From an uncultured Acidobacteriota bacterium (lineage in GTDB: Bacteria > Acidobacteriota > Vicinamibacteria > Vicinamibacterales > Fen-181): a stretch of DNA of 32,000 nucleotides. Positions within the stretch are counted from its first letter, which is position 1. Each line of letters begins with the position of its first letter. Position numbers and translations under genes: made by a program. The notes below the pieces were generated by a model. It searched no databases. It had not been told where the DNA came from and worked only from the letters and a program-made list of their open reading frames with translations. The DNA lies in assembly GCA_963813585.1 (NCBI GenBank), contig CAWEZL010000001.1, forward strand, positions 4,383,600 to 4,415,599. The letters are read 5' to 3'. Shown here piece by piece: positions 25,563 to 32,000 of the stretch.

Positions 25563-25721
25563 GCGCCCCTCCCCGACCTTGCGTCGCCGAGCCGCAGCGC
25601 CGGGCGCCAGTGTCGCCTCCATGATTGTTGCCCGACGACGACGATGCCATCGTCGAGGCGGAAAGGCAAGGGGCAGACGGAGAAATCCCGGCGGCGACCT
25701 CGCTTCGGATTTGGGACGGGG

Positions 25722-27548
25722 TCAGCAGGCGCCCTGGACCTCGCGCGCGAGCGGCAGCAGCACGGTGACGGCGGTTCCCCGCCCCTCCGCGCTCTCGATC
25801 GCGATGCGGCCGCCGCACGCCGTCACCAGGTCGCGGACAAGGGCGAGGCCGAGACCGGTGCCGTGCTCGGCGACCTCCCTGGCGTTGCGGGCGCGGAAGA
25901 ACTCCTCGAACAGGTGGGACTGCTCGTCGGGCGGGATGCCGATGCCGGTGTCCGTGACGGAGAGGCGCGCGAGGTCGTCCTCGCGCCTCAGCTCGACGGT
26001 CACGCCCCCGGCGCGGGTGTACTTGACGGCGTTTCCGACCAGGTTGTCGGCGATGCGGTCGATCGAGGCGGCGTCGGACCAGACCCGCAGCACCTCATCC
26101 GGCACGACGACACGGAGCGACAGCCCCTTCGCGGCGCATGCCGGCTCGAACCGGGCGCACACCCGCGTGACGGCCTCGGCAAGGGGCACGAGCCCCTGCT
26201 CGGGCCTCTCCGCGCGAACGTCGGTCCGGCCGGCGGCCAGGTCGAGCAGGTCGTCCACCAGCGTCTCCAGGAACGCCACGCGGTTGCCGGCGCGCGCCAC
26301 CAGGTCGGCCTGGCGCTCGTTCAGCGCCCCGGTGTAGCCGGCGCGCAGGACAGCCATCAGGTTTCGCGTCACCTGCAGCGGCGAGCGCAGCTCGTGGGTG
26401 ACCATCCGGACGAAGCGCGACTTCTCGTGGTCGAGCGCCTGCAGCCCGTGGTAGGCGTCGGCGTTCTCGATCGCCACGGCCCCGTGCGCCGCGATCGCGC
26501 CGAGGAACCTCCCGTCGGCGGCCGTGAAGCGGTGCCCATCGGCGCCGTAGGCCCGCAGGACGCCGATCGGCCCGCGCTTGCCCGTGAGCGGCGCGCACAG
26601 CATGCTGGCGACGCCTTCCTCGCGCACCGCCTGCGGGTCGTACACCCGCGGGTCGGTGGCGACGTCCGCCACGTGCACCACCTTCCCCGTCAACACTTCC
26701 CGGTCCACCAGCGCCTTGCCGAGGTCCATCGTCGCCTTGCCGCGGTAGGCGTCGCTGAGGCCGTGCATGGCCACCATCTCGACGCGGCCGGCGCGGTCGA
26801 GCAGGCGGATCGACGCGGCCCGGCATCCCAGCGCCTTCACCACCGCCTCGGTCAGCCGCTCGAGCACCTGCGGGAGGTCGAGCGTCGAGGTGGTCAACCG
26901 GACGCTCTCATACAGGCCGGCGATCTCGCGCTCGCGCCGCCGCAGCCGCCGCGAGATCGACATCGAGCAGACGGCCATCGCGTACGCCGAGCCGGTGAAG
27001 AGAGCGAGCACGGCCGCCACGTAGCCGGCGTGCGACCATCCCGAGGACGGGATCCCGACGAACGGGACGTGCGGCAGCCAGCCGAGATACTCCGCCAGGG
27101 CAACGCTGCCGACCAGCACCGGCGCCAGCGCCACGTACAGGTACCCGCGGTCGTGCGGCAGCAGGAGCGAGGCGATCGTGACGTGGAACAGGTAGAAGAG
27201 GATGGCGGGGCTCTCGATGCCGCCGGTGTAGTGGATCAAAACCGCGGTGGCCGCCCAGTCGGCGCCGATCTGCACCCGCGCGAACCACTGCCGCACGACC
27301 AGGGATCGCAGCGGGTCGCCCGGCAACCGGCGCGGCGCCAGGTGGAAGGCCGCGTTGTACGCGAGGATGCCGCCCCCCACCAGCAGCAGCGGCACCTGCG
27401 GGACGGCCAGGCCCGCTGCCCCGGCAGCCAGCGTGGCGGCCAGAAGCCCGGCGGCCGCCATCCACCGGAGGCGGATCAGCCACGCGAGGCTGCTCGACAG
27501 CTCCTGGTCGGCGACCGTCTCGGCGTCCTGCGGGGGCGGCGGCTTCAC
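25722..27548 (-). CDS. membrane sensor histidine kinase (polytopic N-terminus, GAF, HisKA, HATPase_c)
   Basis: Intact 608-aa ORF. About 6 hydrophobic spans. GAF-like region ('ASIRLLD...VADVATDPRV...SMLCAPL'). H-box 'MVTHELRSPL', N-box 'DNLVGNAVKYT', G-boxes 'DTGIGIP' and 'GTGLGLALV'. The GTG start overlaps the regulator's stop (GTGA, 27545-27548). Confidence 0.9.
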   Translation of the reverse strand: MKPPPPQDAETVADQELSSSLAWLIRLRWMAAAGLLAATLAAGAAGLAVPQVPLLLVGGGILAYNAAFHLAPRRLPGDPLRSLVVRQWFARVQIGADWAATAVLIHYTGGIESPAILFYLFHVTIASLLLPHDRGYLYVALAPVLVGSVALAEYLGWLPHVPFVGIPSSGWSHAGYVAAVLALFTGSAYAMAVCSMSISRRLRRREREIAGLYESVRLTTSTLDLPQVLERLTEAVVKALGCRAASIRLLDRAGRVEMVAMHGLSDAYRGKATMDLGKALVDREVLTGKVVHVADVATDPRVYDPQAVREEGVASMLCAPLTGKRGPIGVLRAYGADGHRFTAADGRFLGAIAAHGAVAIENADAYHGLQALDHEKSRFVRMVTHELRSPLQVTRNLMAVLRAGYTGALNERQADLVARAGNRVAFLETLVDDLLDLAAGRTDVRAERPEQGLVPLAEAVTRVCARFEPACAAKGLSLRVVVPDEVLRVWSDAASIDRIADNLVGNAVKYTRAGGVTVELRREDDLARLSVTDTGIGIPPDEQSHLFEEFFRARNAREVAEHGTGLGLALVRDLVTACGGRIAIESAEGRGTAVTVLLPLAREVQGAC

Positions 27549-27964
27549 GTCCCGGCACCTCGCGCCACGGCCCGCGCCAAGAGGTCCTCCACCGTGTCCA
27601 GGAGAGCCGCGGGCCCCGCCGACTTCTCCAGGAACGCGTCCACGGGGAGGTAGTCCTCGTCCGGGCCGAACCGGAGCGGGGTCGTCGAGTGGATCGACGA
27701 CAGCATCAGGATCGGGGTGTGGCGGAAGGGCGCGAACCGCGACGCGGGCGAGGGATCGCGCAGCGCCAGCGAGACGTGGAACCCCGAGGTGTAGCTCTCC
27801 ATCATGACGTCGAGGATGATGAGGTCGGGGCGCACCGACTCCGCCAGCTCGAGGCCGCTGGCGCCGCTCGAGGCCCGGTGGAACTCGTGCCCGGCCGCCT
27901 CGAGGGGAATGCGCACGGCTTCGACGATGTCGGAGTCGTCGTCGATCATCAGGATTCGCGCCAT
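27545..27964 (-). CDS. single-domain CheY-like response regulator
   Basis: 139 aa from ATG 27964 (SD GGAAGGA). 'ARILMIDDDSDIVEA...RPDLIILDVMM...TPILMLSS' supplies the acidic pocket and phospho-acceptor Asp. No output domain. Confidence 0.88.
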   Translation of the reverse strand: MARILMIDDDSDIVEAVRIPLEAAGHEFHRASSGASGLELAESVRPDLIILDVMMESYTSGFHVSLALRDPSPASRFAPFRHTPILMLSSIHSTTPLRFGPDEDYLPVDAFLEKSAGPAALLDTVEDLLARAVARGAGT

Positions 27965-28010
27965 GGAGTGGAGTCCTTCCGGCAACCCTGAAGGGTCGCC
28001 CTACGTCCCT

Positions 28011-28535
28011 TTACGGTGCCTCCGCGGGCAGCGTCGGGTTCAGGCGGCGGTACTCGTCGAGGAAGTCGTCCGAGAGGTGGCGGGCCGCCACCTTCTTCGG
28101 CACCAGGCCGAGCGCCAGTGCGACGCCGTAGACGATGGCCTCCGGACGCGGCGGGCAGCCGGGAATGTAGTAGTTGACCGGCAGCACCTTGTCGGCGCCG
28201 CCAAGGACCGAGTAGGTGTCGTGCCAGATGCCGCCACCGCACGCGCAGCCGCCGATCGCGAACACCAGCTTCGGCTCGGGGATGGCTTCCCACAGCCGCT
28301 TCAGGTGCGGCAGCACCTGGCGCGTCACCGGCCCCGAGATCAGGAGGACGTCGGCGTGGCGCGGCGACGCCACCAGCTTGATGCCGAACCGCTCGGCGTC
28401 GTAGTACGGCGTCAGGACGTCGATCACCTCGATGTCGCAGCCGTTGCAGGCCCCGGCGTTGACGTGGTAGACCCAGAGCGACTTGGGGAAGGCCCGCAGG
28501 AACAGCTGCCGCAGCGCGGCGGCCGGGCTTCTCAT
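28011..28535 (-). CDS. NuoB / group-4 [NiFe]-hydrogenase small-subunit-like Fe-S protein
   Basis: 174 aa from ATG 28535 (SD GAGGTGG). [4Fe-4S] ligand contexts 'GACNGCDIE', 'IGGCACGGG' and 'IPGCPPRPE'. Intact. Confidence 0.88.
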   Translation of the reverse strand: MRSPAAALRQLFLRAFPKSLWVYHVNAGACNGCDIEVIDVLTPYYDAERFGIKLVASPRHADVLLISGPVTRQVLPHLKRLWEAIPEPKLVFAIGGCACGGGIWHDTYSVLGGADKVLPVNYYIPGCPPRPEAIVYGVALALGLVPKKVAARHLSDDFLDEYRRLNPTLPAEAP

Positions 28536-30073
28536 GGTGCCACCTCGCGGGACGACGAGGCCGAGGATCGATCGCACGCCGCCGTCGAGCACCGGGTAGA
28601 GCAGCTGCGGGTAGACGCCCAGCAGGATCGACCGCCGCCGCCAGCACGATCATCGGCGCCGCCATCGACAGCGGCAGCTCGCGGCCGCCGGCCGGCAGTG
28701 CCGCGACCTTCGGCGACTCCTCTCCCCAGAACACCCGGTAGCCGGCCCAGACGAGCCCCGCGAGCGTCAGCGTGCCCGGCGAAGGCGGTGATGGCGAGCG
28801 CCCACCAGAGCTGCGCCTGGGCCAGCGCGAGCACGATCGTGTACTTGCTCGGGAATCCCGCGAAGAACGGGAGGCCGCCGATCGAGAGGCACCCGACGAA
28901 GAAGCAGGCGGCGGTCAGCGGCATCTTGCGCGACAGGCCGCCGAGGTCCGAGATCCGGCGCAGGCCCAGGCGGTAGATGATCGCCCCCGAGCAGAAGAAG
29001 AGCAGCGCCTTCGCGAGCAGGTGGGTGACCGCGTGGAAGATCCCCCCGTAGACCCCCAGGTAGGTCCCGAGGCCGATGCCGATGAAGACGTAGCCGACCT
29101 GGCTGATGGTCGAGTAGGCGAGCAGCCGCTTCAGGTCGTCCTGCGCGATGGCCATCAGGATGCCGATTACGATCGACGCGGCAGCCGAGCGCGGCTGCCA
29201 GCACGACGACCTGCGAGTAGTGCGGCGCGAACAGCGTGACGGTCCTCGCGAAGCCGAAGGGCCCGACGACGACCACCAGCCCCGAGAGGAGGGCCGAGAT
29301 CGGGGCGGGCGCCTCGGAGTGGGCGTCGGGCAGCCACGAGTGGAACGGCATCATGCCGCCCTTGGTCCCGAAAGCGCAGACGAAGCAGGCGACGATGGTC
29401 AGCGCGAGCGAGGTCGGGCAGCAGCGACGGCCAGCTTGCCCATGTCGAGCACGTGGATCCGCGACAGCGTCGGGATCGACGGTCGTCATCCGGGCGAAGA
29501 TGAAGACCGCCCCCATCACGGCGAAGAGCATCGCCATGACGACCAGCAGGTTGTACTTGAACGAGGCGATCAGCGCGTACTTCGTCTTGTAGGTCGCCAC
29601 CAGGAACGACACGGCGATCGTGGCGATCTCGATGACGAGGAACATGAAGAAGAGGTGGCTGATGATGAGCGTCCAGGTCATGAACGCCGAGAAGACCAGC
29701 AGCAGGAAGTAGTACAGGCTGCGATGCCGCCCTCGGTCACCAGGCCCCGCTCGACGTCGTGCCGCAGGTAGGCGAACGAGTAGATGCCGACGCCCGCGAC
29801 GACCAGGAAGGTGCAGCAGATCAGCAGGGCCGAGAGGATGTCGGCGTAGAGGAAGCCGCCCCAGGCGGTCAGGATCAACGGGCTGACCGCCCGAGCCGGC
29901 GGTGACCAGCTGCGCGACCAGGACGCCGCCGAGCACGAACGAGCGGGACGGTGCCGAGCACGAAGGCCGCCTGGCGCCCGCCAGTCGTCGGTCTCGCCGA
30001 GCGCGACGAACAGCGCGGCCAGCAGCGGGATGAACGGGATCAGCGGCAGCAGCAGCGAGGTCTCGGTGGTCAT
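28532..30073 (-). pseudogene. antiporter-like proton-conducting membrane subunit (NuoL/M/N, MnhD, HyfB family), about 10 frameshifts
   Basis: ATG 30073 ('MTTETSLLLPLIPFIPLLAALF'). Family motifs are spread over at least 4 listed ORFs plus one unlisted frame segment: 'GVGIYSFAYL', 'YYFLLLVFSAFMTWTLI', 'FGTKGGMMPFHSWLPDAHSEAPAPISALLSG', 'DLKRLLAYSTISQVGYVFIGIGLG', 'FHAVTHLLAKALLFFCSGAII' and 'MPLTAACFFVGCLSIGGLPFFAGF'. ATGA overlaps at both ends (30070-30073, 28532-28535). Confidence 0.8.
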
Positions 30074-30444
30074 GACAGCGCCCCCGCGTGCTCTGCTTCC
30101 TGCCCGCGCAGCGGGCCGCCCGGTGGGGATCCGCTCGCGGACAGGGCCCCTTCGGGGCCGCCGTACTCGTCCGGCCCCGCCAGCAGCAGCGCCGTGTCGG
30201 CCGTCAGGTACCGCTCCGCCAGGAGCCGGGCCGCGTAGAGCATCGCGAAGACGGTGCCCATCACCTTGGTCAGCACCTCGATCTCGACCATCGTGAAGAA
30301 GCCCGGGGCCATCTGGACGAGCGTCAGGTGCGCGCCGGCCGTCATCACCAGCAGGCCGATCGCCAGCTTGAAGAGGTGGCGCTGCGTGAGCAGCACGATG
30401 ATCCCGTAGACGAACAGCAGCACGCCGGCCAGCAGGTTCAGCGC
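30070..30444 (-). CDS. small membrane subunit, NuoK/MnhC-like
   Basis: Frame of ORF 30070..30423 extended to the upstream TGA: 'ALNLLAGVLLFVYGIIVLLTQRHLFKLAIGLLVMTAGAHLTLV...'. The start is unresolved (CTG 30441 lies 6 nt after AGGAGG; GTG 30423 is the first conventional start). The hydrophilic C-terminal tail is unusual for this family. Confidence 0.45.
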   Translation of the reverse strand, partial: ALNLLAGVLLFVYGIIVLLTQRHLFKLAIGLLVMTAGAHLTLVQMAPGFFTMVEIEVLTKVMGTVFAMLYAARLLAERYLTADTALLLAGPDEYGGPEGALSASGSPPGGPLRGQEAEHAGALS

Positions 30445-30850
30445 TCACCTCCTGGTCGAGGTGGTCGATGGGGCTCCCGGCGGGCACCAGCGTCGAGGCG
30501 CGGAGACGCGACGCGACGGCGAGCACGGCCACGACCGCCGTCACCGCGAAGATCGCCGTCGGCAGCCTCGTCGCCCGGTCGTCGCTCGGGATCCGCTTCG
30601 CGGTGTACCGCAGCCCGCCGACCAGGAACGGCAGGATCCAGGTGTTCACGCCGCACAGCCCGGCCCAGATGAAGAGGTACGGGTTCTTCGCGTAGATGGC
30701 GTAGGCGACGTAGATGAGGATCAGGCAGCAGCTGTGGGCGACGTACCAGTAGGTGGACTTCACGAGCGCGCGCGTCTCGACGGCGAACACCGCGAAGACG
30801 ATCGCCGAGAGCGACAGGACGAAGACGAGCAGCGCGCCCTCGGCGGTCAT
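30445..30850 (-). CDS. hydrophobic membrane subunit of the complex (family not resolved)
   Basis: ATG 30850 with SD GGAGG and an ATGA overlap with the upstream Fe-S gene. 'MTAEGALLVFVLSLSAIVFAVFAV...YWYVAHSCCLILIYVAYAIY...LFIWAGLCGVNTWILPFLVGG...AIFAVTAVVAVLAV' gives 4 predicted spans. The 3' end is uncertain; reaching TGA 30445 needs one more frame change. Confidence 0.45.
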
Positions 30851-31359
30851 GACGCGACCTCCGTGCCGGCCCCGGTGGCCCGGGCCGTACCGCTCGCAGA
30901 TCGCCTCGACCCGCGCCTCGTGGTGCGGCCGCGGGTGCGGCGGGTCGAGCGGCGTCTGCGTCCGGTAGCAGCGCCCGCAGCGGTTGCACGACCCCATGAA
31001 CACGTCCACCGTCATCGTCAGGTCGGCGATGTCGCCGGTGGCGGTCTCGAACCCGGCGCTCATCGTCACCGCGTCCTCGGGGCACACCTCGGCGCAGCGG
31101 GCGCAGTAGGTGCACCGCGCCAGCGACCAGGTGAAGCGGGCGCGCGGCCCCTCGTCGTCGATCGCGATCAGCCCGGGGGTGCAGACGCTCGCGCAGCCCC
31201 CGCACCCGATGCAGCGCGAGGCGTTCACGTCCGGGCAGCCCGCGGAAGCCGGGCGCGGGGTCGGCCGGCTCGAACGGGTACGGCAGCGTCACCCGGCCGG
31301 CCGAGAGGCAGATCTTCGCCTCCCTGAACTTCGCGCGAAGACAGCTTCAAGGCCATCAT
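30847..31359 (-). pseudogene. 2x[4Fe-4S] NuoI/HycF-like iron-sulfur subunit, frameshifted
   Basis: Starts 'MMALKLSS', then after frame changes continues '...VTLPYPFEPADPAPGFRGLP | DVNASRCIGCGGCASVCTPG...LARCTYCARCAEVCPEDA', spread over three frames (changes at about 31330 and 31225, and again near the 3' end). An extra 'CNRCGRCYR' motif follows the two ferredoxin motifs. Confidence 0.75.
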
Positions 31360-31361
31360 GG

Positions 31362-32000
31362 TCACCACCCCAGTCGCCGCCAGGCCCGCACCGACCGCCG
31401 CCACGCCAGAGGCAGGACGCCGAAGAACGCGAAGCGACTGGTCGATCCGCAGGCGCGGGTTCGTCGCGTCGATCAGGACGACCACCAGGCTGAGCACGAG
31501 CACCGCGGCGAAGGTGACGGCGAAGTTCACGAGCGCGCCCGCCGCGCCCCAGCCCGTCACGCGCGGCCAGCCGACGAACAGGTTGAAGAACAGCGAGCCG
31601 AAGACCAGCTGCTTCATGTAGAAGGTCCACTTGAACAGCGCGAGCGACGGGCCGCTGTACTCGATGAAGGGCCCTTCCATCAGCTCCTGCTCGGCCTCGG
31701 GGATGTCGAACGGCAGCTTCGCCGAGCAGCGCCTGCATGGCGAAGCAGGTAGCAGACCAGCACGACGAGCGAGGACCACCGGAAGCCGGAGCGGCAACCA
31801 GGCGCCGAGAGGCACCGCGCCGTGCCCGGTCGACGGCCACGGCGAGCAGGCTGATGACGATCACGGCCTCGGCCGTGATGACCATCATCATCTCGCGGCT
31901 GCTCCCGAGGTGGGAGAACGGGCTCGGCGTGCGCCAGCCCCGCGGCCATGACCGAAGCCGACGACAGCGTGACCAGGTAGATGAAGACGAAGAGGTCGCC
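31362..32000 (-). pseudogene. NuoH/HycD-like membrane subunit (5' end outside window), multiple frameshifts
   Basis: 'GDLFVFIYLVTLSSASVMAAG', 'FSHLGSSREMMMVITAEAVIVISLLAVAV' and 'KLPFDIPEAEQELMEGPFIEYSGPSLALFKWTFYMKQLVFGSLFFNLF...IDATNPRLRIDQ' are diagnostic of subunit H, but they are distributed over three frames. At least 5 frame changes occur between about 31715 and 31945. Confidence 0.78.

Noticed and set aside
25004-25721. The Uma2 endonuclease region as a mobile or defence island. It includes the 17-nt palindrome 'cgacgatgccatcgtcg' at 25639-25655.
   Set aside because: There is no integrase, transposase, partner methylase or toxin, and no flanking repeats or compositional shift. Uma2-family genes are common stand-alone genes. 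The palindrome may simply be a terminator or operator.
29678-31228. A 516-aa ORF that looks like one large protein.
   Set aside because: It is an accidental composite. Its translation strings together the middle of the NuoI-like Fe-S protein, a whole membrane subunit (internal SD plus ATG at 30850), out-of-frame junk, and the N-terminus of the antiporter-like gene (internal ATG at 30073).

Overview
A bacterial chromosomal segment of roughly 70% GC. I found no rRNA, tRNA, CRISPR array, transposase or integrase. All calls come from reading the sequence and ORF track by eye; no searches were run.

Gene content, left to right:
- kup K+ transporter.
- Four exported or lipoprotein genes, including a secreted nitrilase-superfamily hydrolase.
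- A minus-strand AorABC-type tungsten aldehyde:ferredoxin oxidoreductase operon: 4x[4Fe-4S] subunit, W-pterin catalytic subunit, FAD subunit, a MoaD/ThiS-like protein, a 93-aa ORF, and a URO-D/MtaA-like zinc methyltransferase.
- bshB-bshA (bacillithiol synthesis).
- DUF1697 and DUF488 genes, followed by a small array of REP-like palindromes.
- A small winged-helix-like ORF and cysK.
- Three tandem paralogous transmembrane Ser/Thr kinases with PD40/TolB-like beta-propeller ectodomains. The spacers between them are repeat-rich, and one holds a vestigial fourth 5' end.
- A Uma2-family endonuclease.
- A minus-strand complex-I/group-4-hydrogenase-like membrane module (NuoH-, NuoI-, NuoK-, antiporter- and NuoB-like subunits) running straight into a CheY-like response regulator and a GAF histidine kinase.

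Most system-like observations:
1. The kinase triplet has mosaic conservation. The signalling module is near-identical between copies, while the sensor module has diverged.
2. The extended aor operon.
3. The hydrogenase-like module is coupled to a two-component system.

Major caveat: two blocks (about 7.9-13.7 kb and 28.5-32 kb) plus kinase 3 carry many single-nucleotide frame disruptions. These are overwhelmingly +1 insertions, while neighbouring 2-3 kb ORFs are intact. That pattern looks more like local consensus error than biological decay. Those genes are labelled 'pseudogene' only in the sense that they are disrupted as given.
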